A DNA stretch of 64,000 nucleotides from Candidatus Kaiserbacteria bacterium (GCA_016699245.1 CP064968.1:576317-640316), one strand, 5' to 3'; counted from the first letter of the stretch, positions 17,575 through 28,882 are shown. Translations and numbers: made by a program. Notes: a model not told the origin generated them from the sequence alone.

Positions 17575-18396
17575 TTACCTATTTCGACCATTTCCTTGCG
17601 CTTTCCCGTGTCCGGAACCATCGTGCATTCCCTGCCTTGACCCATCTCCACGACTCATTCCTTTCATACTATTTTCGCTATCAAGAATAATTTCGAGTGT
17701 ATCCTTTGAAATAAAGGATGGTATGTACGTTTCACCCGTTACAATTTCAATATTGCGATTGAATGCACGCATGTGGTTTTCTGAACCACTTTGCAAGTAT
17801 TCATACACAACACGTATATCTTCATGTGTTACCGATGCAATTTCTTTCTTCAAATCAGCAATATCAAGGTCTTCAATGTATGCACCCACCTTGTATGCCT
17901 CTACCACCGATGCCGAACCGCGGGCGACCAATTCCGTGTAGAGCTTTGCAAGTTCTGCATTCTGGAAGACACCGCGCGTATCGTCAGTCACGGGGTCTGC
18001 AACACGGTGTGCACTGAGGAGCGACTTCACTGCCTCGGTATGGCGTGACTCACTCACTGCAATATTTTTAAAAATGGGCACACTCCAAGTTTCATCGAGT
18101 GCCTGATACACATCACGTGCAAGTTTTTCTTCCTCACGCATTTTAATGAGCCCTGCCGTCTCATCTTCTGTTAGTGTACTCGTGTCAGTAGGAATAGCGA
18201 GTCTTTGTAAAGAAGTATCATCTTCTCCTGCATCCTCAGAAAGCACTGAATACTTATTATTCATACTCTGTCGTTGATGCTGACCACCATTCCCCCGCAT
18301 CGCAATATCACTCTGTTCATTAAAATAAGCATAAAGCCCTGTGCCACCAAGTATAAGGATTGTACCTAAAAGTGCGGTGATATGTGGTTGTTTCAT
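17575..18396 (-). CDS. DUF2202 / ferritin-like domain secreted protein
   Basis: EEKLARDVY...SESRH and EYLQSGSENHMRAF are the paired ferritin-like motifs of DUF2202. An N-terminal TM/signal sequence is present. Confidence 0.55.
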   Translation of the reverse strand: MKQPHITALLGTILILGGTGLYAYFNEQSDIAMRGNGGQHQRQSMNNKYSVLSEDAGEDDTSLQRLAIPTDTSTLTEDETAGLIKMREEEKLARDVYQALDETWSVPIFKNIAVSESRHTEAVKSLLSAHRVADPVTDDTRGVFQNAELAKLYTELVARGSASVVEAYKVGAYIEDLDIADLKKEIASVTHEDIRVVYEYLQSGSENHMRAFNRNIEIVTGETYIPSFISKDTLEIILDSENSMKGMSRGDGSRQGMHDGSGHGKAQGNGRNR

Positions 18397-18495
18397 ACGT
18401 AAAAATTAGGATTGTAGTACTTGTAGTACACGTCAGTGTCGAATTTATTTCATCTCTCCCTATGCGCCCGCTCACTTTCGTGCAAAAATACAATA

Positions 18496-20598
18496 ATGCA
18501 TTTACTCTTTGCTATTCATCCTTTTTTACGGAGACATGCAAGGATTCTCATTAGTTTTTGTGTTTGTATTGCACTCTGTTTCATTGGAGCATTTGTTCTT
18601 GCACGTGAGGCGGAAAAGCGTTTTGACACACTCACATCACACATCATCTATGACAGGAACGGGGAACCACTCCGCATCACCGCAAACAGCAAAGGACTGT
18701 ACGCCTACCCAATGGGGTATATCAAACAAGACTTTTCACGTCTTCTCATAAAGAAAGAGGATCGCTTTTTTTATTTTCACCCAGGAGTCAATCCGTTCAG
18801 CACACTTCGTGCGCTCTTTCACTACATGCGATATGGAGATGCTGGTGGGGCGAGCACCATTACACAACAACTCACAAAAAATATTTTAGGAACAGAGGGA
18901 GAACGTACGTTTAAGAACAAACTTCGTGAGACACTCTACGCACTAAGTCTTGAGATGTATACAAGTAAAGATGACATTCTCCATATGTATGCGAGCACAG
19001 TCTCCTTGGGCAATCAGGTACAGGGATTTGAGGCCGGTAGCCGAGCATATTTTGATAAATCATTTTCTGAAACCACTCCATTTGAACAGGTTGCTCTGCT
19101 CGCAACACTTGCAAATCCGACAAAGAGAAACCCGTGGCGTGAAGAAAATAATACCTATGCGCAAGCGCTCTATGCACGCCTCGGACTCCCTGAGTCATAT
19201 GTTGCACCACGCATGACTGATGCATACTCATTTCAGAGTCCGAGCATTTTTGAAGTATCGTCACTCGGTATCGCCTGCAATCATTCGTGCAAGATCACGC
19301 TCGACGCCACGGTCAATGAGGACCTCCGAACAATCCTCGCACAACACATAGCACGCGAACGTACACGTGGCGCACGAAATGGGGCTATCGTAGTTATTGA
19401 CCCAAAGAGCGAAGAACTCATTGCTCTTGTAGGAAGTCCTGATCCCACAAAGGAAACGAATGGCGGAAAAATAAATATGGCACTTGAGCCGCGCCCTATT
19501 GGCTCCACAATAAAGCCATTTATATACCTCAAGGGATTTATGGAAGGCCTGCGCCCGTATTCACGGGTTGATGATCGCGAATATAAATACCCTATCGCCA
19601 CAGGGTACGCACTTTACCCCAAAAACTTTGATGGTCAGTATCGTGGTGAAGTATCTCTTCACCAAGCCCTTAGTAATAGCCTTAACGTACCCTCGGTAAA
19701 AATACTTGAGTATATTGGTCTCAGTCATTTTTATCATTTTCTTGGAGACACACTTTCATTTACCCCCCTTCAGCCATACGACAGTTACCAGTACGGCATT
19801 GCGCTTGGTGGGCTCGAGATGGATTTACTCACCCTCACTCATTACTTCACCCTGTTCCCCCGTGGAGGAACGCTTGCACCACTTGTTACCACACGCAATG
19901 GAAGTACCACACGCACACTTCCCCCTCAGTCCAACATCCACAACGTTCGCACTGTTGCAGAGGAAAAATATACTGAACTCGTCACCGCTATCTTAAGCGA
20001 CCGACTCACCGGCGTTGAACAGTTTGGTCTCAAAAGTAGTCTCAATCTGACGATTCCTTCGTACGCGGTAAAAACAGGTACCTCGAGAGATTTCCACGAT
20101 AGTTGGGTCATTGGGTATACCCCTGATTTTGTCGTGGGGGTATGGATCGGTAACAGTGAAAACGAGCCTTTGATGCAGGTAACGGGACAGTCGGGCGCAG
20201 GAACTATCTGGCATGATGTTATGGAGTATTTAAAAGAAACACCATACTACACAAGAGCATCCTTCACTGATACACACATCACTAAAATCCCTATGGATGA
20301 CTCTGTAGAATGGGGACTTCCCGGTGATACACCACGTGAACACAAAACCCTCCTGCTTACTGATGCCCTCATCATGCGCCCCCATCACGATGATACCTTT
20401 GAGTTTTCAAAGTCTATTACCATTCCGCTTCATGCATCACGTTCAGTAGTTTGGACGATTAACGGTACGTCACTCGAAGAAAGTGCTGAAGTAGTGTTTA
20501 GACCAGAGACTCCCGGTACGTATGAACTCAGCGCCCACGACCCAGAATCAGGACGCACTGAGTATATAACTATTCACGTCGTTACTCCTTCACGGTAA
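18496..20598 (+). CDS. Class A penicillin-binding protein (GT51 transglycosylase plus transpeptidase)
   Basis: GT51 motif GASTITQQLTKN. Transpeptidase motifs STIKP, SNSLN and KTGTS. Start placed at Met 18496 before the TM helix. The upstream Met at 18436 is an alternative. Confidence 0.8.
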   Translation: MHLLFAIHPFLRRHARILISFCVCIALCFIGAFVLAREAEKRFDTLTSHIIYDRNGEPLRITANSKGLYAYPMGYIKQDFSRLLIKKEDRFFYFHPGVNPFSTLRALFHYMRYGDAGGASTITQQLTKNILGTEGERTFKNKLRETLYALSLEMYTSKDDILHMYASTVSLGNQVQGFEAGSRAYFDKSFSETTPFEQVALLATLANPTKRNPWREENNTYAQALYARLGLPESYVAPRMTDAYSFQSPSIFEVSSLGIACNHSCKITLDATVNEDLRTILAQHIARERTRGARNGAIVVIDPKSEELIALVGSPDPTKETNGGKINMALEPRPIGSTIKPFIYLKGFMEGLRPYSRVDDREYKYPIATGYALYPKNFDGQYRGEVSLHQALSNSLNVPSVKILEYIGLSHFYHFLGDTLSFTPLQPYDSYQYGIALGGLEMDLLTLTHYFTLFPRGGTLAPLVTTRNGSTTRTLPPQSNIHNVRTVAEEKYTELVTAILSDRLTGVEQFGLKSSLNLTIPSYAVKTGTSRDFHDSWVIGYTPDFVVGVWIGNSENEPLMQVTGQSGAGTIWHDVMEYLKETPYYTRASFTDTHITKIPMDDSVEWGLPGDTPREHKTLLLTDALIMRPHHDDTFEFSKSITIPLHASRSVVWTINGTSLEESAEVVFRPETPGTYELSAHDPESGRTEYITIHVVTPSR

Positions 20599-23500
20599 AG
20601 CGTCCTCCGCTTGTACGACCAAAGATATCAGGGAAATACAGTTCCTCTGCACGCGCAGGAAGATGTGCAAATGTCCCTGGCACGAGCGCACGCAGATAAT
20701 ACTCATACTCATATACTCCTGGCTCAAGTGATTTAACATAGAGGAATACCCTATCATCATGAGCCTCAATATGTGAAGGATAGAGTGTCCGCGTCCCCAT
20801 CTCTCCGTCATTTGCATACACATAATCCAATGCACCATACGTCTGTGCAAGCTGCGGTTCATACCCAAAGTACGAACCCACTTGTGAGAAAGTCCGTGCG
20901 AGAAATCCTCTCTTAGTCTCTGGCGTTACGGGTGCAAAACTATAATCACCCATTTCTGCGTCTACTGCCCCACGCTCAGTATCGAGGTTTTGATTTACTA
21001 TCTCAAAACCAGCAGGAATAAAATCTTCAACGGACACATGTGCGTATGCACTTGGTACGGTGAGTGTTATCTTTCCTTTTACAATGTCGCCAATCCGCGC
21101 GTCACGGAGTGGTTTTTCTTCCTTGGTATCGGTAAGCGCATAGATGTCGCGTGTGATGGTAATACCCTCATCACGTGGTGGAAGCGACTCGACGGGCAAA
21201 AAGTATTTGAGTGACATATCGTAGTAGAGGGTGCTTTTCTGGCCTGTACTCTCTTTCTTTGTGAACGTGAATGGGAGGAGTGTATTTCGTGCAAATGAAT
21301 CAATGGGGATTGTGTGGGTGAATGTCTCAAAGATATTGGTGCCATTCCATGAGTGTTCAAAGAGTGCATTACCACCAAGTGTACCCTCGAGGGTAAATTG
21401 TGCTTCGGTCTCATGCGTAAACGCGAGATATTCAGTCATCGCGTCAATGACCACAAAGGTGTTTTGTGTTGAACCCCACACGCCGTGCACATCTCGACTT
21501 GCAAGGAGCCAACGAAGGAGGCTCGCAATGTTTGCATTCTTGTCTTCATGTGCCACAAATGCTTTGAGAAGTAGTGCCGTGTCTTTTATTGCTGTCTCAT
21601 AGTACTCGGTCTTCTGTTGTACTGATGGTTTCAAGTACGCGCCGCGTCCATCAATACTGATCCGATTCAGAAGTGTGTTGTACACGTCTGCCGACACTTT
21701 CTCATTCCATCCCTGTGCAGTGAGAACCGCAAGATACGCGAGCGTCATGCTACTTATTTCTTCTTTCACATAGAGTTGCTCGTTCAGTATTCCTGTCACG
21801 AGCGGAGTAAGTTTCGTAGATGTGTTTCCATTCATTTGTCGTAATGTATACTCCGCAAGAATAACGAGTTCACGATGAAAACGTGGATAGTATTGATGCA
21901 TTTCCGCTACTTCCGTTTCCACATATGCTGCACCACGCACGAGCACATCCTCTCGTACGGGAAACCCTGCGTTTTTAAGTTCGGTGAGTGCAGTGAGCAC
22001 ATGCATGCTGAGCCATATATCAGGAATAAGTCCTTTGTAGTATGAGAATCCCCCATTCATAGTCTGCGTTTCATATATCTTTGTAAGTCCTGTACGCACT
22101 ACGTCATCCACGGTATACGTAACCCCCTCATATTCAATTGTCTCAAAACTTCCGGGCACGTTCGGCGTCTTAAGTGCGCTCTGCAAAATGGCGATGGTGC
22201 TCAGTGCACTCGCGAGTTGTTCACTACAGCCATACGGGTACGTTGCCATAGAGGTGAGTGCATCAGTCATAAATGCAGCGAGCGTTGCATTTGTATGTAC
22301 GGTGAGTCCTCCGTCCCCTCCCACCACCTCTTCCGGCACATAGAGATACTCAGTAGTGACAGCATCAGTAGTCATCCCTGCGGTCGCGACAGTTTCATAG
22401 GTACGGTTTTTAGTAATAGGAATTGTACGCTCGACCTCATCAACATATGCATCAAACGATGCTTTGAAGGTGAAGGAGTGTTCTCCTGATTTTTTATTTT
22501 TTGGCGCAGTCACGTCAAAGTAGACGGTCTTTGTCTCACCCTTCTCTACTGTCACCACATCGGTATGTTCCCCAGTAAAAGTAAGCGTATCACTCGTGAG
22601 CGAGACAGAAACTTGTGCTGATTTTTCCGTTTCATTGAATACCTTTGCTCCGAGTTTAAAGGTGTCTCCAGGGACAATGAAACGTGGAGAGAGTGGGACT
22701 GCCATAAGATCTTTCTTTGTAGAAAACTCTTTATAGTCAACACCGACTTTTGTATCTTTCGTAACACCAATCGACTCTATCTGCCATGTGGTGAGATTAT
22801 CAGGAAGCGTGAAGGATACATGTGCACGACCATCTGCATCTGTGGTTACCGATGCACTCCAATACGCAGTATCTTTAAAGAGACCACGCTTTTTTGTTAC
22901 CAAATCATTCGGGTCTCCACCACCACCCTTTGTCCCGAGTGGAATATCCATCTCGTACAATACGTTTTTTATATTGCTTCCCGTCATGACTGAGAGAGGA
23001 AATCCGTTATAGAAATACGAGAGCGGATCACGTTTTGGATTACCTTTAAGGGCAAGGACCGAAAGGTCTGCAACCGCAATAGAAACCTCTGCAGGCACAG
23101 GATTCCCCACACTATCCTTTGTGACCACATCAAGCGTTACTTGTTCACCAGGAAGATACGATGTTTTGTTTGCAGTCACGTCAACATCGAGAACATGCTC
23201 ATCAGTATTGATGGCAAATTCAGTCGTACCATACTTCACTTCGGGAGTATCCGAGAGTAAGAGTGCAGAAAAATATACATTTGGCGCATATTCGCTTTTA
23301 ATGGGGAACTCATGAAGGAAAAGTCCACCATTCACGTCTTTGACCCAATAATCAAAGATGGTGCCACGTTCTGCAGTAATAAGGACCTTCGCGCGTGTAT
23401 AGGGTGACTTAATCAGAAGAGAACCTTTTTGCCCTACTTTCATATCATTACTCATGACCTCCATATCAAGGTCGTAGTTATTGTTGGGCGGTACCACCAC

Positions 23501-26500
23501 ACTCTCGCCATAGATATACACGGACGATGTGGTGTCGATGCGATTTCCATCGTTGTCGTCCTTCGAAACCACAATTTCATACTCACCCTCTTTAGGGAAC
23601 GTAAGAGTTCCTTCCCAATTACCTTTATCATCAGTAGCAATCGTTTCCTCACTGATCGGTGTGCGTTTCTTTTCAGAACGATAATAGAATCCACCGTCAA
23701 CTTCCTGACGCTTAAAGACATCCCAGTCAACTTTATACACAGTTCTCTGTATTCCCTTTTGTGAAATCGGTGTGCCTTTTGTATCAACCGTTTTTACCTT
23801 AAGCGTAATAGGAGCATTCACCCCAGTATAGTACTCACTCGTCACCGCACCGATGTAGAACGACCCTTTATGGACAATAAATGTACGCTGCGCAGACACC
23901 GAGCGACCATTTGTATCTTTTGCAGACACGGTGAAGGTGATGAGTTTACTCCCGACTGATTCATCATCCTTGAAAAAGTCCTTAAGATTTATTTTGCGGG
24001 ATATATGTGCATGCCCCTCACCATCAATTACTGCCTCTCCACGGAAAAGGAATCGGTCTCCATACCCACATGAGTAGCAGGAATACCAACCACTTCCAAA
24101 GTTGAAATACTCATCGGTATACCGGTCAAAGTAATAGTCTTGTGCAGTCGCGCTATAAAAGATTTCACCTCCACTGAGTGGTACGCCGAAGTAATAGTCC
24201 GCCTGTACATCAAGTTTAATTTCCTCACCATTTGTATATTCTTCCTTTCCTCCCGTTAGTTCGAGTTTGAATGGGGCAGGAACATACTCTTCCACATCAA
24301 ACCACGTACTCTGATTAAATACATCAATACGATAACTCCCCAGTGGTGCGTCAGCGGGTAATGTGAACTCAGTATTGAATGTACCGTATGGATTCACTGT
24401 GAGCATCGTGTCGTAGATACGGTTTCCCGATGCATCAAACACTTCAAGGGGAACATTATTCTGTTGCCACACTTCGTATGCACCATCAAATCCCACACGG
24501 TCAATCCCGCGGATATACACCGTATGTCCAGGGCGGTAGATTGGTCTGTCTGTATAGAGGTATGTGCGCGAACTGTTCTCTACAGTCTGATACCACCCAA
24601 GACTGTCTGCCCAGTCACTCACAATAGCCACATCGCCGTTGTACGTAACAATCGCCGCGGTCACATTGCGCTCGGTGGTGAGTCGCGCAATACCTTCACC
24701 ATTGGTACTCCCCACTGCACCACTCTTTGGATATTCGTCCCCATGGTACTGCACCACCGTCGCGCCACTCACCGCCGCAAGTGTTGCACTGTCATTTACC
24801 CAGTACAGGTTTTGGCTTGCGCCGATTTTCTTTTTAAGTACTTCATTCGCGAGTGGATTCGCTGACCCCCAGTAGTACTCATTTTCCTCATAGCGAACTT
24901 CTTTTTTCCCGACCGCAAGCCCCGTCACACTCAGGTAGGTCACATCATACAGTGGTTCCTTTGAATACGAATCGCGATAGAGTGGACTACTAAACGTCAG
25001 TACGTATTGGCCTCGGGTATCGGTAAAGTAGGTATGCAAGTCCACTTGGAAATAGTTGTTTACCCAATACCGTGGGGGTAGCGTAATACGCTCCGTTTTT
25101 ATCTCAGTACATCCTGTTCCGGAAGGAGATTGATTCCCTGTATGACTCAGTCGTTCCAAAAATGATGCCGCAGGCAATTTACAAATATGCATATCCACCT
25201 GCTCAAGATTTTCTACTGCATACGTAAGTTTGGTATGTTCAGGACGCGTCACATTGTACTGTTTTTGCATATTGTGGAAGCGCGTATACTGTTCACTCGG
25301 CTGAGTAGTAGTAAACGATATATGATTGCTTGCGGTACCACCAAATGCGTCGGTAAGTGAAAGCGAGAGTGTATACGACGTTGTCGGAAGAAGTCCGTAT
25401 TTAATCTCGGTTTCATATTCACCTGGATTACACACTGGCTTAAAGTACGAATTGTCGTCATACTGACTCACCAGGTACGAATTCGACCATCTACCATAGA
25501 CAATATAGTTTTCGGTATTCACGTATGATTTTATACCTGCATCCCCTGGTTCACGGAGTGGGGCGTTCGTACATACATAGAGTCGGTCAAGCGCTGCATC
25601 CTGTGCTCCGCTCGCGGGTACGGTGCGTAAAATAGAGAGTGTTGGATATACCGTAAGATCATGAAGAATTTCCTCTTTATTCGCTAGGAATCCATCTCGT
25701 GTATAGAGCGCATCAAACGTCAATGTAAATACTTCACCGGGTTTAAAGGCATCAGGATCAAATGTGAGCATGAGTGTGCGTGGGTCTTCTTCTTTTTCAC
25801 AATCATCCCCGAGAAGAATTTCCTCGCCACGCGCATCCTTTTTACACCGCTCTCCATACGTAACAGAACGGAGTCCTTTTGCCTTTATTTTTGAACGTTC
25901 TTTATCAATATCATCGTAGAAACGAACAATGAGCGAACCTTGTGGGTCAAATAATGCGGATGATGTGACGGGGCTACGTTCAGAAGTCGTTTCAACACCA
26001 GCAACAATACCCGGAACCCAAAGTGGCACCGTACGTTCCTCATCGAGCACAATGTCTCCCTCACTCGGCACAGCACCACTCACCGTGAATGTATACTGCG
26101 TCCCAAAGTCCCAAACATTTTTTCTGCCATATGCATCTTTCTTTTGATACACAAACACAAGACTTTGGTCTTCCTGCGTCGTCGCTTCCCCACTCACTCG
26201 ATCGTACACCGTGGTTTTGCCATACTCCACCTGTACGTTAATAGCGTCGCCATTACCATTGGTCACATGAATCAACCTTTCGGTTTCTTCAAGGTCCACT
26301 GGCTGATTGAATGCAATTACTATGGGGGAACGATACCCCACTTCACTCTCCGATATTGATACGTAGCGCAGCGGGCGTGTGGTAAAGGAGTATGTCACAG
26401 GAGCCACACTGAGCCCATCAACTGAAGTCAGCCCCTCCCCTATCGCTACCGCATAGTGTGACGAAGGTACAAGTTGGGTGTCGGGAATGAACTGCAGATT

Positions 26501-27208
26501 GCGGGTACTAATCCATTTGAATCGCCCTTTGGTTTCTGGAGTAATCGTAATGGGTAATTCTTTCATCTCCTGCTCGGTAAGCGTGGTGAGGGGTACCATG
26601 GGACGATTAAAGAGGATAGTGATTTTTGAATGTTCATCGGTCTCACTTCCGTCGCGTGGAAATACTGCCTCTACACGTGGGTCAGCATCCACAAGGAAGT
26701 CACCGGACACGCGCACCGCCCCCGTATCCAAACTCACTGCATAGTAGGTACCGAGCAGTAGTTCGTCTTCAGGTTTAAAGGTTACGTGTTCAGGAACCGT
26801 GTCTTCAATCCATTCTCCTTTAAGAGATGGAGAAAATACCACCGTTTTAATTGCTTCTTCTTCGCTCACCCCCTTTGGGAGCGAGAGAGGGATCATCGCA
26901 CTTTTCGAGATTTTTTCGGGAACAAATGTGTATACGTTTGTAAAATGCTTGAGTGGGACACTGTGTGTCTCCATATTGGAGAAATAAAATGCAAGAATGA
27001 TGAGTGCACTAAGGCCAACAACACCAAAAACGATAGCAAACATGTGTGCGCGAAGATTCGCAAACATACGCATCCGTGGTGTCTCGTGTACGACACCCTC
27101 TGTAGGCAACGGCACTTCTGTTGGCTCCGCCTCACTCGGCGTCACTACATCCTGCAGAGTTGCATCAACCACCACAGCCCCCTCACCTGCATGCGTTTCA
27201 TCATTCAT
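20582..27208 (-). CDS. Bacterial alpha-2-macroglobulin family protein (2208 aa, thioester-containing)
   Basis: N-terminal TM anchor, very long beta-rich body, and thioester motif YPYGCSEQ (the CxEQ motif). Convergent with the PBP gene, overlapping it by 17 nt. Confidence 0.8.
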   Translation of the reverse strand: MNDETHAGEGAVVVDATLQDVVTPSEAEPTEVPLPTEGVVHETPRMRMFANLRAHMFAIVFGVVGLSALIILAFYFSNMETHSVPLKHFTNVYTFVPEKISKSAMIPLSLPKGVSEEEAIKTVVFSPSLKGEWIEDTVPEHVTFKPEDELLLGTYYAVSLDTGAVRVSGDFLVDADPRVEAVFPRDGSETDEHSKITILFNRPMVPLTTLTEQEMKELPITITPETKGRFKWISTRNLQFIPDTQLVPSSHYAVAIGEGLTSVDGLSVAPVTYSFTTRPLRYVSISESEVGYRSPIVIAFNQPVDLEETERLIHVTNGNGDAINVQVEYGKTTVYDRVSGEATTQEDQSLVFVYQKKDAYGRKNVWDFGTQYTFTVSGAVPSEGDIVLDEERTVPLWVPGIVAGVETTSERSPVTSSALFDPQGSLIVRFYDDIDKERSKIKAKGLRSVTYGERCKKDARGEEILLGDDCEKEEDPRTLMLTFDPDAFKPGEVFTLTFDALYTRDGFLANKEEILHDLTVYPTLSILRTVPASGAQDAALDRLYVCTNAPLREPGDAGIKSYVNTENYIVYGRWSNSYLVSQYDDNSYFKPVCNPGEYETEIKYGLLPTTSYTLSLSLTDAFGGTASNHISFTTTQPSEQYTRFHNMQKQYNVTRPEHTKLTYAVENLEQVDMHICKLPAASFLERLSHTGNQSPSGTGCTEIKTERITLPPRYWVNNYFQVDLHTYFTDTRGQYVLTFSSPLYRDSYSKEPLYDVTYLSVTGLAVGKKEVRYEENEYYWGSANPLANEVLKKKIGASQNLYWVNDSATLAAVSGATVVQYHGDEYPKSGAVGSTNGEGIARLTTERNVTAAIVTYNGDVAIVSDWADSLGWYQTVENSSRTYLYTDRPIYRPGHTVYIRGIDRVGFDGAYEVWQQNNVPLEVFDASGNRIYDTMLTVNPYGTFNTEFTLPADAPLGSYRIDVFNQSTWFDVEEYVPAPFKLELTGGKEEYTNGEEIKLDVQADYYFGVPLSGGEIFYSATAQDYYFDRYTDEYFNFGSGWYSCYSCGYGDRFLFRGEAVIDGEGHAHISRKINLKDFFKDDESVGSKLITFTVSAKDTNGRSVSAQRTFIVHKGSFYIGAVTSEYYTGVNAPITLKVKTVDTKGTPISQKGIQRTVYKVDWDVFKRQEVDGGFYYRSEKKRTPISEETIATDDKGNWEGTLTFPKEGEYEIVVSKDDNDGNRIDTTSSVYIYGESVVVPPNNNYDLDMEVMSNDMKVGQKGSLLIKSPYTRAKVLITAERGTIFDYWVKDVNGGLFLHEFPIKSEYAPNVYFSALLLSDTPEVKYGTTEFAINTDEHVLDVDVTANKTSYLPGEQVTLDVVTKDSVGNPVPAEVSIAVADLSVLALKGNPKRDPLSYFYNGFPLSVMTGSNIKNVLYEMDIPLGTKGGGGDPNDLVTKKRGLFKDTAYWSASVTTDADGRAHVSFTLPDNLTTWQIESIGVTKDTKVGVDYKEFSTKKDLMAVPLSPRFIVPGDTFKLGAKVFNETEKSAQVSVSLTSDTLTFTGEHTDVVTVEKGETKTVYFDVTAPKNKKSGEHSFTFKASFDAYVDEVERTIPITKNRTYETVATAGMTTDAVTTEYLYVPEEVVGGDGGLTVHTNATLAAFMTDALTSMATYPYGCSEQLASALSTIAILQSALKTPNVPGSFETIEYEGVTYTVDDVVRTGLTKIYETQTMNGGFSYYKGLIPDIWLSMHVLTALTELKNAGFPVREDVLVRGAAYVETEVAEMHQYYPRFHRELVILAEYTLRQMNGNTSTKLTPLVTGILNEQLYVKEEISSMTLAYLAVLTAQGWNEKVSADVYNTLLNRISIDGRGAYLKPSVQQKTEYYETAIKDTALLLKAFVAHEDKNANIASLLRWLLASRDVHGVWGSTQNTFVVIDAMTEYLAFTHETEAQFTLEGTLGGNALFEHSWNGTNIFETFTHTIPIDSFARNTLLPFTFTKKESTGQKSTLYYDMSLKYFLPVESLPPRDEGITITRDIYALTDTKEEKPLRDARIGDIVKGKITLTVPSAYAHVSVEDFIPAGFEIVNQNLDTERGAVDAEMGDYSFAPVTPETKRGFLARTFSQVGSYFGYEPQLAQTYGALDYVYANDGEMGTRTLYPSHIEAHDDRVFLYVKSLEPGVYEYEYYLRALVPGTFAHLPARAEELYFPDIFGRTSGGRFTVKE

Positions 27209-27286
27209 ACGTGTAACACAATACGTTATTAATTACGTATAAGTGTATCACGGGATAACGGACAAAGTCGCCGTGGCTTTCCCAAA

Positions 27287-28036
27287 TTACCGTAACGCAC
27301 CCGGATGCTTCGTGCTCCATGCGTGGAGCACTACCCCTGCTGCTACTGAAGCATTGAGAGATTCTGCATTTTTATGCATAGAGATCCTAAGGGGAATATC
27401 ACAGTGTTCCAAAGTCTTTGTGCGGATACCATCGCCTTCATTGCCAAGAATAATGACGCTTGGTTTTTCAAATCCCTCGTTTGCAACCTCTTGTTCTGCA
27501 TCCCCTGCAAGGCCATAAATCCAAAAACCACGTTCTTTCAAATCCTTCACCGTAGTATTCACATTGCCAATCTGAATGAGTGGAATACGAAACGCCATTC
27601 CTGCAGACACTTTAATCACCGTACCATTCACCTGTGCCTGCCGATGCTCGGGAATGAGTACCCCCGCTATACCAAAAGCCACCGCCGAACGAATGACCGC
27701 CCCTACATTGTGCGGATCCTGCACTTCCCCGAGTAGCACGAAGGCGGAGTCACTCGTCACCGTGTATGTTGGAATAAAATCTTCGTAAGAGATGATGAGT
27801 TTCTTCGGGTTTATTTCTGCAATAATTCCCTGATGTACAGAATCAGACGGCACACCCTTGGGGAGTTTCTTTGGATTGAGGTCAATCACGGGAATATGTG
27901 CGCGCCCTAACTGCTTCATAATGCCCGCATCTATTCCTTCACGCACTCCGTGGACCGCACGCACAATGTCGGGGCGGGCATTCACCGCCTCCGCCACGGC
28001 GTGCTTTCCATATATATATGTTGCTTCTTCTATCAT
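27287..28036 (-). CDS. rlmB: SpoU/TrmH-family 23S rRNA 2'-O-methyltransferase (RlmB-like)
   Basis: SPOUT motifs DPHNVGAVIRSA, IILGNEGDGI and LNASVAAGVVLH. Start moved to MIEEATYIYGKHAV. Confidence 0.7.
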   Translation of the reverse strand: MIEEATYIYGKHAVAEAVNARPDIVRAVHGVREGIDAGIMKQLGRAHIPVIDLNPKKLPKGVPSDSVHQGIIAEINPKKLIISYEDFIPTYTVTSDSAFVLLGEVQDPHNVGAVIRSAVAFGIAGVLIPEHRQAQVNGTVIKVSAGMAFRIPLIQIGNVNTTVKDLKERGFWIYGLAGDAEQEVANEGFEKPSVIILGNEGDGIRTKTLEHCDIPLRISMHKNAESLNASVAAGVVLHAWSTKHPGALR

Positions 28037-28102
28037 GCGCGGCAGTATAGCGCAGATATGCAAAGTTTGCCAGAGGTACCTTTTTATGGTCTACTTACGC
28101 CC

Positions 28103-28804
28103 ATGAAGAAAAAACGCGGAGGAAAAGAATTCTGGAATGCAGAGTATAAAGAGGCAGGACACCTCGCGCTTTCGACGAACCAAAGTGAGGACCTCGAAAA
28201 ATTTGTACGGTGGCTCGTACGCGAAGAGGGACACTCGCTCCTCAATGTCACAAGCTCCATGCTCGACCTCGGCTGTGGCAACGGACGCAACATTCATTGG
28301 CTCGCTGAGGAATTTGGTATGCACGGTGTCGGATACGACATCTCTGAGGAGGCGGTAAAGCAAGCGGCACGACGTGCCGAAGCAGCACACCTTCCGCTCA
28401 CCTTTGCTGCACGCTCTATTGGTAAGCCCATTCCCCTTCCCGATGAATCTCAGACTTTCGTGCTCGACATGATGACCTCACACTTCCTGAAAGCAGATGA
28501 ACGTCTCGCGCTCATACAAGAAATTCATCGTGTCCTGCGCCCTGGTGGTTACTTTTACTACAAGACGTTCCTCCTCGACGAAGACAAAAACGCCGCACGT
28601 ATGATTCTCGAAAATCCTACCGATGAAGAAAATACATACATTCATCCCAAGATTGGTGCAGCAGAGCATGTGTCCACCGAAGAAGAGATTGAAGAACTCT
28701 ACGGCAAATACTTCACCATTCATAAAATATCGAAGTCCCACCGTCACCGTGGCAAGTATGCAAAAAGACGCAGTATCTCGGTGTACATGCAAAAGTTTGG
28801 TTAA
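28103..28804 (+). CDS. SAM-dependent methyltransferase
   Basis: Motif I LDLGCGNGRN and motif post-I VGYDISEEAV. Start at MKKKRGGK. Confidence 0.65.
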   Translation: MKKKRGGKEFWNAEYKEAGHLALSTNQSEDLEKFVRWLVREEGHSLLNVTSSMLDLGCGNGRNIHWLAEEFGMHGVGYDISEEAVKQAARRAEAAHLPLTFAARSIGKPIPLPDESQTFVLDMMTSHFLKADERLALIQEIHRVLRPGGYFYYKTFLLDEDKNAARMILENPTDEENTYIHPKIGAAEHVSTEEEIEELYGKYFTIHKISKSHRHRGKYAKRRSISVYMQKFG

Positions 28805-28850
28805 TATCATACCAACACCCTTCGGCAACAAAATAGGGGAACATAAAAAA

Positions 28851-28872
28851 GGCCTCCGAAATTCCGGAGGCC
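28851..28872. terminator. Bidirectional terminator hairpin between convergent genes
   Basis: ggcctccgg aatt ccggaggcc, with A-runs and T-runs on both sides. Confidence 0.65.
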
Positions 28873-28882
28873 TTTGTGGATG

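Noticed and set aside
20590-26744. Many 60-130-aa ORFs inside and antisense to the alpha-2-macroglobulin gene
   Set aside because: They are fully contained within a 6.6-kb ORF that has a clear domain signature. They show no motifs and are typical shadow ORFs.
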